DNA of 64,000 nucleotides from the human T2T-CHM13v2.0 reference genome, Homo sapiens, in the NCBI RefSeq assembly GCF_009914755.1, contig NC_060947.1. One strand, written 5' to 3'. The notes under the pieces were generated by a model. It was not told the DNA's origin and did no database searches. It worked only from the letters and a program-made list of their open reading frames with translations. Positions 13,300-26,695 of this stretch are shown here, in pieces. Within the stretch, counting starts at the first letter, position 1, and each line of letters begins with the position of its first letter. The position numbers were made by a program, and so were the translations under genes.

Positions 13300-14830
13300 T
13301 CCTTTAGTGACTTGAGACTGCTCTCCCTGTCTCCAGGCTCATCCCTTTCTAATCTGTCGTTCCCATTGTTTCCTCAACGCTTCTCCTAAACTTGCATCTT
13401 ACTCCCACCCTGAAATCTGACATTGTGTCTTCAGGGCTTTCTGGATGTTTTGACCTCCTTGATGCAGTGCACGAGACACTTCATGATCTGGTTAGTTCTC
13501 CAGTCTCATTTTCTGCCAGTGCCTCCCCCACCACTCCTCCCCCGGCTGCACTTTGTTCAGGCAAAGTGTGTCATATAGTTTCTTACATCTGTGTCTTCAC
13601 ATATGTGGCCGTTTCTTCTCAGAATGCCCCCCCGCAACACCCCATTTAATTCTTGCTCCTCCTAAGCTCAGCTGAAACACCTACTCTTTCTTCAAACTGC
13701 TCTAGCCACGATGGGGACTCTCAGGCCCTCTTTGTTTCCCCAGTACCCAGGGCCCTTCTTTAAGATAGTCGGTTTGAAGCGCCACTTTCTTCTGAAGCAT
13801 TTTCTAACCCTCTGATTTATAACTGACGGTTTTCTCTGAAGTGAACTGGAGAAGAGGGGATGGACTGGAGAGGGAGCAGGATGGGGCGATTTTCTCAGGG
13901 TTCACTCCACCTCTGCGTCCCTCCCTCTGGTCCGAGTTCTATTATCTCACCCCTAGAGTATTACAATAATTGCATCCTGACTGCTCCCTTCCCTTCTACC
14001 CAACAGACTCTTCCCGACACGCAGGGCACAGTGATCCTTTTATATATAAGGCAGATCATGTGACTCCTCTCCTCAAAACCCTGTGATTCACGTCTCAGGC
14101 CGAGTCAAAATCCAGGTGCTAACAAGGGCCTATAAGGCTCCCCATCAGTGCTTCTTAAACTTTCACGTGCATATGAATCACCTGGGGATCTGATTAAAAC
14201 TCAGACTATGATCCAGTAGCTCTGGGGCAGGGCTGGAGAGTCTGCATTTCTAAGCAGCCAGCAGGTGAGGCTGAAGCTGCTGATCCTAGGACTCCACTCT
14301 GAGTAGTAACCTCTCCGTGATCTGGTTTCCCGTTATCTCTCTGATCTCCTTTCTATTCTTCTCCTTGCTCTCTCTACTTCAGCCCCACTGACTTCCCTGC
14401 TGCTGTTCAAAGAACACACCAGAAATGTTCCCTTGCCTTAGGGCCTGTACAACAGCTATTCCTTTTGCATGGAATGCCCTTACTCCGGATAGCCACTTGG
14501 CTAACTCTGTTGCTTTCTTCACATCTTTCCTCAAATCTCACCTTTCCAATGAGGTCCACCCTGAACACCTAATTTAATATTGCGATCTTCCCCCTGCTGT
14601 CCCCAACCCTTCGTCCTGCACTCCTGAAATTCTTTAGCTCCTGTTTTTTTTTTAATACCTCTAATCACCTTTTCACATATTATATAAACTTATATTCATT
14701 CTATTGTTATCTGGCTCCTCCTTAATTCCAGAAAGCCTGTTCCTCACGAAGCCCCTGTTTGTGTGTTATGTCCATTGTTGTTTCCCAAGAGTCTAGAACA
14801 GTTGCCAACAAATACCATTTGAATTTTGAA
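13300..14830 (+). mobile_element. L2 3' regions, one interrupted by MER5A
   Basis: agatcatgtgactcctctcctcaaaaccct; ggaatgccctt; tccattgttgtttcccaagagtctagaacagttgcc. Confidence 0.75.
14146..14310. mobile_element. MER5A
   Basis: cagtgcttcttaaactt...gaatcacctggggatct...tctgcatttctaagcagc...actctgagtag. L2 sequence resumes on both sides. Confidence 0.85.
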
Positions 14831-16021
14831 TTTGAATGCAGTGGGTGAGTGAGAAGAAGAAATGAAGATAATGTGGTGCAACTCAGTGTTTCTATACCAC
14901 TGAGTACATTTTCCCCGAGTGCATTTTGCGTGGTGCTTGGCATATTGATGTGAGGCATTGCTTTGTACATTCCAAAGGCTTTTTCTTGGTCAAGATGCAG
15001 CAAAGCGCCTCATGCTCGAGACATTTCATGTTTTCCTTACTTTATTTCCAGATGACTCAAATTAAAATGTTATTTTCTTCATTCAAACTTGCCATTATCT
15101 TCAGAGATAAATTTCAGGAAAGAAATAAATAGTATTTGTAATTACTGCCTTGTATCTTACCTATGACTCAGCTGGGTAAGTGCCTCTTCCGTACTTCATT
15201 GTCTTCAAATTTAGTAAAGCAATTAGCTATGTCTTTTATGATGGCAGAAGTTGATTCCCTTTTAATTCTATCAGTCATTTTATCCTCCTTCCCCCTTCAT
15301 TTTTCTCAATCCTCCTACATTACGAAGCTTTAACTAGGCATTGTTTAACTGACATTATAGTCAGTATTTTTTATATAACTAAGAAGATTATATCATGGGA
15401 TAATGACACAAACTAACTTCATTGATTTAGCTCTTGAATTGATCTCGGGTACCGTGCACACAGATCAATAAGTTGCCTTGACTTTTTTTGAATTGGATCT
15501 GATAATTATCCATCCTCCAAAAAAAAATCTCTTAAATATTACATTGAACCATAGGAAATTCCTATTTTTATGAGTCAAAATGGTTGAACATTGGCAATTT
15601 TCTATGATTCAACCTAAATATAATCAGGAGGCTTTCTACCCACCTCCCTTCAGAGAACAACCAATTCCTCAAAAAAGAAGCAAGCCTTGTAGGTTGCAGA
15701 ACAAAAAGCTTGCTAGAAAATAGGGCACTTAGGCTTGATGAAGGGAGATCACTCTTGCTGTTCACATGAAGTCTCCATCCTGATAGCTGGGCTCTTTGAG
15801 CAAGCTCTGGGCTGGGAAGACTGGCTGACACACTGGATAGGTAAGGCCGTGGGGGCCTTCTGGTGACCATTCACACTGGATGGAAATACTCCCATTCTCT
15901 TAAGCCCCCTCAGAGAAATCCATGCATACATCCTTTCCCTGAACCTTGTCACCAATCTTCCAATTTTGTTTCCTTCAGACCACGTTTCCCACTTAGATCT
16001 TTAACTGCTGCTAAGGAATTT

Positions 16022-16360
<339 letters not shown>

Positions 16361-16486
16361 TAGATGCTGACGTTGGGCAATCTCTTTTTCCAGACAAAGC
16401 AGATAAAGAGATGTGCTGCTTGACATTCTATTATGAGAGGATTTCCCTTCTTCACCATCCTTTTGGGCCAGGCTTGAGTGAGGCTA

Positions 16487-17020
16487 TGTTCTGGTTCTCT
16501 ACCACTGTGTAACAAACCACCCCCAAACACAGTGGTGTAAAACAACTATTTCATTATGCTAATGGATTCAGTGGGTCAGGAATTCAGGTGGGGGACAGAA
16601 GAGATGGTACCACGATGTCGGAGGCCTCAACTGAAACACTCAAAGCCTGGGTTTTGGCTCCATGGCCGGGGTCTGGAATCATTTGGGGGCATCTTCACTT
16701 ACATGTCTGGTGGTTGCTGCTGGCTATCAGTGGGGCCTCGTCTGGGCTATTAGCTAGAATGTCAACACATAGTCTTTCTGTGCACCTGGGTTTCCTCACA
16801 GCATGGTGGCTGGGTTTTAAGAACAAGCAACTTAAGAGAATCAGGTGGAAGCATACCACCTTAATGACCTAGCCTCAGAAGTCACAGAGCATCATTTCTG
16901 CCATGGTAACAAGTCTGCCTATATTCAAGGGAAGGAAATATAGGTCCCCGCCTCTCGATGGGAGGAGTGTCAAAGGCATGCCAGGAAAGGAATATGTGCG
17001 ATAGGCATTATTGTTGCAGC
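16487..17020 (-). mobile_element. MLT1 (F/G/H-like) solo LTR
   Basis: tgtgtaacaaaccacccccaaa...gtgggtcaggaattcagg...ttcctcacagcatggtggctggg...gacctagcctcagaagtcaca. Confidence 0.8.
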
Positions 17021-18429
17021 TTATGAATGTTAGCTGTTATTAGGCAGTTCCAGCCCATCTTGTTGAATGCAAATTAATTTTCACTTATTAAGCTTTTTAA
17101 TAAGTACCATGGGGTGGTTTTTGCAACCTTTTATGTGCTATTAAGCAGTTTTGCTCATTTTTCAGAATTGAGGCAATGTTTGTCCTCTTATTTTTAAAAT
17201 TTCTAATTCATTGAGGACATGTGTGTAGAGGTATCAGCTATTGGCTGGAAAAGTGGCCTTCCATGGAAGAAAACTGAGGTTTATTTTTCAGTGAATTCAA
17301 ACTACAACTAGCTATATTGATTACTGATAGCCCAAAGCCCATGACAATCATAATATGAGTATTAATATTTAGATCCAGTTTTTCTGCCTGTCTTAATATC
17401 TGGAAAGAGATTTCTGTGTCCTGTCCAGCAGCAAGGCAGGCATCAGCTCAAGCTGTCTTCAGGCCGACAATGTAAGGCATCCTAAGCTTGTCCTTGCATT
17501 CACATTGTGGTTGCACGTGCTTTGTATTATAGCTTCAGTCCTGACGGCAAACACTGTATGAATGCTGGCCAAGTAATGCCAAATATGGCTAAGAGAATTT
17601 TAAATGTAAAATAAATGTTTATGCAAAGATAATAAAAACATGTTAACTAAATTAAATGAACAATGATGGTTGAAAATTTATTTTTAAAAGGACAAAAAGG
17701 AAAATGAGAAGGTAGGCAAAATTACTTTTATAAATGTGTTTAAAATTGTATGCAATTATCCTAGGTTGCAAAGAAATTATAAAAACATGGATTGGATATT
17801 GTAAATATTAATTCTTATGCTAATTTGCTTTAGACAATTCATTTAGAGCTAAAGACAAATGTAACAAGGCATTTGAAAACCAACATAGCAGGAATAAGTG
17901 GATAAGAATGAACTATAAATAAAAATGTAGTGTGTGTGTGAGGACTCAAACTTCTGGAGATAAAATTGATAAATATGTTTTAAAACACTTAAAGGATTGA
18001 AACTCACCCCATGCTGTAATCTCTGTAAAGAAAGACACCATGTTTGTCTCATTCAACATTCGATTTCCATTCTATTAATAGTTCTTTAATTATTTAATGG
18101 TATATCAAATTACCAGCCAAACTTGGAATATTCAGCTTAATTTTTACTCAATTTGTTGCTTTAACTAATTGTGTTCAACCCAAACATTTTCAACCAACTT
18201 ATTTTCTGTTAATCTGAAGCCATGCTAGGCAAAGCACTATTATAAATAAAACAAACTGTGAGATACAATTCCTGGCTTCATTTTTTTGGGTAATTTATTT
18301 GAGGACAAAATGTGTAAGAAATTTCTTAAGATTTAAATAATAGGTCAACACAACAGAAGATCAGTTGCAAGGCTTTGTGTGAATAATTACTGAATTGACT
18401 GTAAATTTCCATTTCTTATAATGTGGTGT

Positions 18430-19395
18430 ATTAGGTAATGTTAACCACTCTGTAAAAAATGAAGACCTAATGGATAAAACATGATGAATACCTTTTTAAA
18501 AATACAAACTGAGATAACGAGAAACTAAGGGAATTTCCTCCAAGAATGAAAAATGAAGGGGAAAACTGAAAAAGCAGAACTATAAGGGTGGAGTTAAAGC
18601 TCTTGTTGCTCAGGATTGGGGGGTGGGGGGTGGTGGGTTTGGCTGGTCTCTGTGACTAAGGGCGTTAGGTTTCAATTACCAAATGGGGACAAGCACCTGT
18701 ACTTCAGGCAAGAACAAAGCCAGAAAGTTATGACTGCATACAGTCACTATGAAAAGGTGGAACAGAAGCAAAATCTATCCACTGCCAGGGAGATAACCCC
18801 TCTGTTCTCCAGGGCTTCAACCTGAAAAGTTGAGACCTTGGTTCTGCTCTCAGTCGAATTTGTGGTTCAAATATATACTCCTTTTATTGTCCAGTAAAAT
18901 ACAACCTGTGAGATGAACATAAAACGTGGTCCCCTTCCAGTGATTCCCCCGGTAGAAGTAAATTGCAGTCTTGTCTAGAAAGCCACATCCTCAACTCAGA
19001 CCACAAGGGATTCATGTAGATAAAGCCCTACTAAAGATGAGTTCACCATTTTTTTAAAAAGCACGAGGATACATGCCACCACAAGTGAGAGGCAGCCAAC
19101 ACAACCAGCCCCTGGATGAGACCCTCATATCCTTTAGATGATGAGATTAAATATGTACTGTGAAATATGACTGAACATATTTTAAAAAGGAAAATGTGAT
19201 AAAATATCAAGGTACTACCAAAAAAAGACCAGGCAGGCTTGAAAAAGAATCAATTGATTTGCCTTGAAATGAAAAAATGTAGTCATTTAAATACAAACTC
19301 AGTGGACAGATTAAACCACAGATCAGACAGAGCCAAAAAGTGAATTACTGAAATGGAAGATAGAGCTGAAGAATTTACCCAGAATGCAACACATT
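18430..19395 (+). mobile_element. Ancient L1 5' region / ORF1 remnant
   Basis: ORF1 coiled-coil-like aaactcagtggacagattaaac...gaaatggaagatagagctgaagaatttacccagaatgca. Confidence 0.6.
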
Positions 19396-20197
19396 CTAGG
19401 AGTGTGGGAGCAATCACTTCAGATTGGCACAATTGGAGAAAGCATTGTGAAGGAGATGAAATCTTAGCAGAATTTTAAAAGATGTGTAAAATCGGGTAAA
19501 AGAAAGCATTTCAGAGGAGTAGCATGACATGGCATGAGCCAAATTTCAAAGGCTAAATTCAAGGCTTGTTTAGGTCACAGTGAGTTGACCACTTTGGCTG
19601 AAATGGAGAGTTTGTATAGCGAAGTAGAGAGATTAAGCCTGATTAAGAAGGTTAAGGCCTAAGCCTAAAGCCACATGAAATGTTGTAATAATCACATAAA
19701 ATTACTTTGTTTAAAAATAAAGCAGACATACAATGTCTACTATGCTGACATTGTAGTCTTTTTCACACACACCACTCCAGCTTGGCTGGCCTTGCTCTAC
19801 CAAGTATGTGCTGTGTATGCCTACTTACAATGAAGGGGTCATACCCCCTATTACTCTCTACACAGAGGTACATTTCAAAAGCTTTCAGGTTAAAGTTGAT
19901 TAAAAAGAGAAACAAAGTTTGTGGAACCTGTAGTTCTGCCAAGTTGGGAATGATGCTAAAAGCAGTTTATAACTTTTAGTTGTTGAAAAAGCCTATATAT
20001 TATCTTCTCTTAAACTAATTTCCAAAGGTGTAGGTTTGGTTATCTCTAATTCCTTTCAAAAGGGGGGTGGTAAAATGAATCCCAGCACTGGAAATTTAAT
20101 AAGCCCTCAGAGGAGAAAACAGATTTCAGATTCCCCAGCAAGAGATTAACTCAATTCCAGGTGAATTATCTCGTTCACCTTCTTCATGTGGCTTCCA

Positions 20198-20199
<2 letters not shown>

Positions 20200-20255
<56 letters not shown>
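20200..20255. repeat. (TA)28 microsatellite
   Basis: Uninterrupted TA run, read directly. Confidence 0.97.
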
Positions 20256-20260
<5 letters not shown>

Positions 20261-20399
20261 CAACACCCAACCCTCCAACAGGGAGAAGGACAGCCTTACC
20301 TTAGGTGATAAAGGTGTCAATGAAAATTTACTCACACAATTTCTGAGCAAACAGATTTGCATAAAGCTGCCCATATGCAGCATTAGCAGGATGAAATAA

Positions 20400-21030
20400 A
20401 ATATCAGGAAATAATGTAACAATATTGCAGCTAAATTAAGTAGGTAGATATATAGATAAATCAATAATAGAAAGTAGGTAGGTGGAAACAAAGGAACACA
20501 GCAAAAATAAATAAATAATTAAATAGCAGAAGCCCCTCCAAATCTGGAAGAATAAGGAGATTCTTTATATGTACTACAAGTTATAAAAGACTCCACTAAG
20601 AATTCAAGAATACAAGTAGTAAATGACATGTGAGAGGTAAAGGGAGATTGTAGAGATAAAGGCCTACCTTTACATTAAAAAATTAATTAGGGATAGCAAG
20701 AAGCAGAATATTTAGAGCTGAAAATAGGCATGGAGAATATTTAAGCTATCTCAGTATGTGCAGAGGGGACAAAATAAATAGAAGACAAGATAATAGAAAT
20801 AGAAGACAGAAAATATAATGCAGTACTAGGCAATTGTGTTCCTGAATGCAGAAGAATAGAATGCAGGAAATATTCTCTGAAATGAAGGTAAAAGGACATA
20901 TTAAGATCAAAGTGGGGTATCATTTGTATCAGGGAAAGAAAGATACAGAACAACTGACATTCAATACTGAAATTCAGGTTGAAAGAACAAATTTCAATTA
21001 TGCAGGTAATTTAAAAAATCAGGAAAAGTT
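20400..21030 (+). mobile_element. Decayed L1/HAL1 ORF1-like remnant
   Basis: A-rich; tatttagagctgaaaa...atctcagtatgtgcag...ttgtgttcctgaa pattern. Confidence 0.45.
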
Positions 21031-22094
21031 TCAGAAAAACTCTTGGTCTAAATTGCTTTTATTGTGACTGTGTCATGAGCCCACCCCTGGATCAGTTATT
21101 GTCACCATGGAAATGGGCTATTACTCTTATTGGCTAGGCTGTGTCACCTGGAGCCAGGGGTGTATTTAGCCTCACATAAATCAGTGAGAGTAGAAGAGGG
21201 ATGAAAAAATGCCAGATCTTGTGACCAAAAAGAGGGAATGGATTCTGTGAAGACCAGAAGAGCATCTGTTTTATACACTATATTATTTCCCCAATTAAAG
21301 TGTAAATTTCTTGAGAATAAGAACTCTGTATTACACTTCTTTCTACCTTATGCAATGACTACCTCAGTTCCTTTTTATTATGTAGGTATAGGTATTAAAT
21401 TAATAAATAAAAATATTTAATTTGACTTGACACAAATTCCTTTATTTGTGAAATGAGGAAGTTGGAATACTTGAACTCCAAGATCCCTCCTCATTTAAGA
21501 AAGTTCTATGAAAGATTTCCTAAGAACATATTATATATGGGGCCTCACATTAAGCATTTTTTGTGTACTCTTGCAGTAAAACATTTGAACATTTGTTTAT
21601 AGCTATAGCTCATGATAGATGTTTTTAACTTCAGAAACTTCAAAAGTTTTACAAAGTCATATTAGATGAGTGTATTCTCATATGTCTTCTTCAAGTTGAT
21701 GATTCACAATATAAACAGTTGTCCTTATTGTGCATAGGCCTTTTCCTAAAATGCATACTTTTGATTGAGTATGTTTACCTCTTACTGCTTTTAAGCCTCT
21801 AAACAAGAAATGAGAGTTTTATCTTCATCTACTCTCCTCCCACTTTTGTCTACTTCAAAATTCGGTATCTTGATTAATTACCATCTCCCATTTTGCTTAG
21901 CCGGAAACTCTACCAACTTCCTTCCTTATCTTCTTCCTATCTAATTGCCCACCAAATCCTATTAATTCTACCGTCAGATGTATTTTAGGTCTCTCTTCAC
22001 TTTAAATTTCTGCTCCCATCCTTACTGCCATGGTTGAATTCCTGTAGTTACTTACTACATATTCCTTCTATTGTATTTGCCATACAAATACGCC

Positions 22095-22330
22095 ATGGTA
22101 AGAGAACAAGCTTGGGCTAGGTTGCCTGGTTCAAAGTCTGGCTCCAGCACTTAACTCCGTGTGACTCTGGAGGGAGTTATATAACCTCTCTGAGCCTCAG
22201 CTTCCTCTGTAAAACAAGGCTAAAAACCTCACAGGAGTACTGAAAACATCAGATGAACTAAAATGTATAATGCACTTGAATCAATGTCTGGCACCTAGTA
22301 GTATTACGTAAATATTAACTTATTAATAAT
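22095..22330 (+). mobile_element. MIR
   Basis: gcctggttcaaagtctggctccagcactt...aacctctctgagcctcagcttcctctgtaaaa...gtctggcacctagta. Confidence 0.85.
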
Positions 22331-24364
22331 GGTTTTGCTTATAGCATATTTTTGCTGTAAATATTTAAGTGGTTGATTCCTCCAGTAGACCTTATTATGG
22401 GAAGGGCTACGTTATTATTAGTATTTAAAAAATAGTAGCATGAGTATTTTAATCGCTAGCTCTTTGTATAGTGTAGGGGCATTTAAAGATTTAATCCAAT
22501 GAATTTCACTTGTCAGAATAGGACAGTTCTACATAACAACCACTAGATGGAAGCAAAACCTTTTATAAAATCATTTATCACCAGAAACTGCTGCAGTGTA
22601 CGGAACATCTACCTCTTTTGTCTCTTTTATTTCTACAACCTAATTATCACCAAGAACAAAGTAACACCACCACCATCATCAATAACAACAGCTACAACAA
22701 AGGCAGCTCATGAAAAGGCCCCAAACTTTGTGTATTGAACCCAATTCAGAATTAAGGTTTTGGAATGTATTTGCTATACAATTTAGAAATTATTAGTCAA
22801 AAAATGCTGACAATATTGTCACTGAACCGAAAGCCAGCTGGCACCCAGCCACACTTACATAAGAAGAGTCTCTGAAGGCTTGTCGCAGGAAAGATGTAGA
22901 CCTCCTGCTCTATGCTGTCTGACTGCCACATAACGACCAATTGTCCCTGTGAATGACACATCTCTCATTATTAATAAAGAATTGCTGCTTTCCTATATTG
23001 TTTGGGATGGGGTGATTTATAGGTAATTGATGATTTAATTACTGGGTTTATTGTCTTCTTTGGGAGTTTCCGTATCTCATCTTCAAATATGTATTTGTTA
23101 TCTTTCATTTGCAATGAAGGGATTCATTTCTTTCTCCCTTGTTTACTTTCAGGTCCTCAGCCTTTTCTTTCTCCACATGCTTCTTATGGCTGACAATCTC
23201 ATATCAGTGACACCTCCCATTACAGTACTGTCAGCAAGGATTCCCAGTGGGGAAGGGGCTATGCATAGTTGGATTACCCCAACCCCAGATTCTGTTGAGC
23301 TGTTAGCTTTCTCTAATTAGTCCTCTCTATCATCAGAAATGAATTGACACTCACTTTTTCTCGCACAGTGGGACTTGCTTTCTCTAACACCCATAGGCAT
23401 TCGTGGGCTCTTTCACTTTTCTCCCCCCTTCCTTTCTCCACCCCCTCTCTATCTCCCATTCTATCTCACCTCCCTCTTACACTCTCTCCCTCTTAACATT
23501 CTACTTATTTTCCTTCTACCGTGCAATGCTATATTAACCATATAACAACAAGAGAACATCCATATAATATAAATTTGATCTCAAAAGTGAGAAGAGTTTT
23601 CTTGCATATAAAATATGAGATATCTTGGGAGAAAAAAAGTTTCTACTTAAAATCAATGCTTCACCATTGCCCAAAGCTGAATGAGCATCAGTTGAATGCA
23701 CAGCAGCGCCGAAGTGCAATGACCTACTTAGGATCACTCTAAATTACTTGGATGAAAAATGATTTCAATTCAAATCTTTTTTCTTATCACAATTTCTTTC
23801 CAGGTGGAAAGATGTTTTACTTGCCCACTCATTGCTCTAACCAAATCTCCATCTGAGATTTAGACTTCTTTAAATGCAGTTTGGAACATTAGCAAATAGG
23901 AGTCAGGTTATTAAAACTAAATTGAATTTCTCAGACGTCCTCTTTTCTTTCCACAGAGCAGTCAAGTGAGAAAGCTCATCCAAGGAGCAGGAAGGCTGAT
24001 TTTTGGTTACCCTCCTGTGATCACGGCTGCTCTGTTCACCTTAGTCACTAAACACATGCTGCCTTGGTAGGAAAACAAATGAGCTAAAGCCATCCCCAGC
24101 ACACTGCTGGCCATCATCAAGACTTGAAGGAATTTCAAAGAAGCAAAATATGTGTCTGTATTCCCCTGGGGCAACGTGAATCCCGCTAAGTATTTTGCTT
24201 TCTGGATACACAAATGTAGCAAGAGGTTCTATTCTATACCTGTGTGCTTGCTGGCTGGCACAAAATGTATGCACAACTACAGACGTCTGGATTTGTTTTC
24301 ACGAGCAGCTGATGGAGGATTCTCCAAGCACGTGGGTAAAACTGTGGCCGTGTGATCTGCCTTC

Positions 24365-24440
24365 TTGGTCTCACAGCTGGCCTCACGGCTGCTTTATATA
24401 ATGTGGTTTGTTTGCTGATGGGCTCGTGTTTGATTGGTTC
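24365..24440 (-). promoter_or_regulatory. Candidate Pol II core promoter (CCAAT + TATA)
   Basis: Minus strand reads AACCAATCAA (CCAAT at 24437-24433), then TATATAAA (24400-24393). Spacing is canonical and the DNA is repeat-free. Motif evidence only. Confidence 0.4.
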
Positions 24441-25393
24441 CAGAGTGGGAACAGCAAAACCTGTGCATAGTCCCCGTGAGTGCTAGACTCAGCCAGCTGA
24501 TTTGATTTTGTATTTCTTGTGCACCAAGAGGTCAAACTGAGCATCACCAAGGAAATAAACGTGGGTGCTTGTGCACAGCGAGGTTAGGAATGATCTGGAT
24601 GAATAATGGAGGCAGTTGAGGTGGCCTGAATTAGAGATGTCTGTGGGTGGGGGGGAGAGTGAAAAAGGAGAAGCAGGGAAGGGAATGATGAGGGGAAATT
24701 CTTTCAGCCACTAGCAGCTAAGCATAGATCAGTGGAATGCATTCCTTATCAAATGTGAGCAGGAACCAGGGAATGGAATATTGCCGAGTGGAATGCCTAA
24801 TAAAGTAACTGGCTTTCTCTTGCTGCCCTTTCCATCTAAATACTTAAGTAAAGATATTCAGCAGATTGCAGGGCTTTTACAAGGAGGCACAAAAGTAGAA
24901 AGAAAAGATTCATCAATGGGGGATTTGCCACTGAAGGCATAGCTTATTGTACTGTATTAAAGAAAAAAACTCCACCCCATTTGTTTTTAGTCAAAACACT
25001 TTAAAATTATCTCAATTTGCTTTGGAATTCATTTTGTCTGTCTTCCCAAATTGAGGGAACTGCACACCGCTTTTGACTATTTTAGTAAGAGTTTAACGTG
25101 AATAGCCCAAATCCTTACACCGCTGCCCCTTCGGAGTTGCTTTAACTTCTATAAATACACCCAGCAACAAGGTATTTTGAGAGCTCCCTAAGTAACAATG
25201 CTTTGAATTTCTCTTGTGCAAATCTCCACGAGAACTAAAGCAACTCTCAGTGGGTCCTCCATAACCGCCAACTTATGACTATAAAGTTGAACATTAATGA
25301 GTCCTCTGTAGCTCTTTCCCCCCCAATAAAATATTCTTTTTGGTATGATAATTTTGTTTACTTCTCCCGAGAGCCAGTCGTTACCAAAATTTA

Positions 25394-25407
25394 CCATCAG
25401 AGGGCGC
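25394..25407 (+). promoter_or_regulatory. Candidate CTCF binding site
   Basis: CCATCAGAGGGCGC matches the core CCASYAGRKGGCRS at 13/14, with a retained CpG, in unique sequence. Confidence 0.6.
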
Positions 25408-26044
25408 ACATTCACAGAAAATGCAGCAGTTCCCTGCTCTGGCGGATTGCTTCCCCTCCTATTTGCAGGATGGAAGAAACAGGTTTTAGTCGGAGGTATT
25501 TTCAGTTCAAATTCAAGTTCTAGAACTTTGATTTATTATTAGCCTGTTCTCTTACTTGGGTGGAAGGGAAGAGAGAAAAACAGGTCTGTCTGCAACCATT
25601 GTGTTCTACCCCCATTCAGGGACAGCCTCAGAAACTGCAAGGTTTCAAAGATAATCAAAACAAGTCTGATCGCTAATGGATCTGAGGGCATAGGCTCCAG
25701 CCTCTCTAAAATGACAAATCGCTTCACGTTACCCAAGAAACCACAAAAGATTCACACCCACCCCCTCCTCCCCCGAGCCCTGTCCTTCTGCAAGTGATTT
25801 GCAATCCCAGACAAGTATTATATAACGATGAAACAGAAGCCTGGAGCTTTGGTTTGTTATTTCTTTCGGAGAAAAGACATTAAAAAACTGTTATTATATC
25901 ACTATCCTAAATGCCTGTGAGAAAAACATTTCAGAGAATTGTTAGAAACGCGGGGCAGTGGAACTGAAATTTGCATTAGTGCTAAAGATTGTGAGCATCT
26001 GTAATTGCCCAAGGGGGCAGTTTGAATGAAAAGACACACACCGG

Positions 26045-26695
26045 TGGGGTGAATGGAAAAAGCTACAGACCTGAAGTGGGGGAAGCTGGGGGCCTAATCC
26101 TGGCTGACTGCTAACTAGCTGGCTGAGCATCCTTGAGTTAGTTACTTAACGTCTTTGGGCCTGAGTTCTGCAAGCTGGCAATTAGATGATGTCAGAATGC
26201 CTTCCATTCTACTAAGTTATCTTCTCAAGGACAAATGTAGATAATGTTATTAATTTGACTTCTGTGGAGAATACAGCAGCACCCAATAATAAATTAACCA
26301 TTTTGCAGGTTATTTTAATACTGCATTTCAAACAGCTCTGAAGTACTTTATAAGTCATATTTATGAAAATAGCCCATTACTTAGCAATAATTTCTCTAGT
26401 GTTTTGATGGGAAGAGCTGCAGAGCAGTTCTCTCTGGGCAATGCTAGACAGACACTGTGGTATATGGTAAAACAGACGAACAAACAAACAAACAACAGAC
26501 AGGTTTGGACCCTGGATCCATTTTAATTTGCTATGTGACCTCAGACAAGTTACTTAACCATCTGGGCTTTTGATTCTTAGACTGCAAGAATCTTTTAGGG
26601 TTATAGTGAGAAATAATGAGCTAATTAGATGGCTGGGCACATACCAAGCCATCATTATATGAGAACACTTCACTACTATTAATATTTATCGTTAC
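26045..26695 (+). mobile_element. Two MIR copies (~26045-26210 and ~26455-26695)
   Basis: agttacttaacgtctttgggcctgag; gctatgtgacctcagacaagttacttaacc. Confidence 0.7.

Noticed and set aside
20126-20491. 121-aa hydrophobic ORF with a YI repeat
   Set aside because: Runs through (TA)n and the antisense of an A-rich L1-like remnant.
24007-24401. Four overlapping 67-77 aa ORFs near the promoter candidate
   Set aside because: No recognisable domain, several non-ATG starts, and no consistent exon chain.
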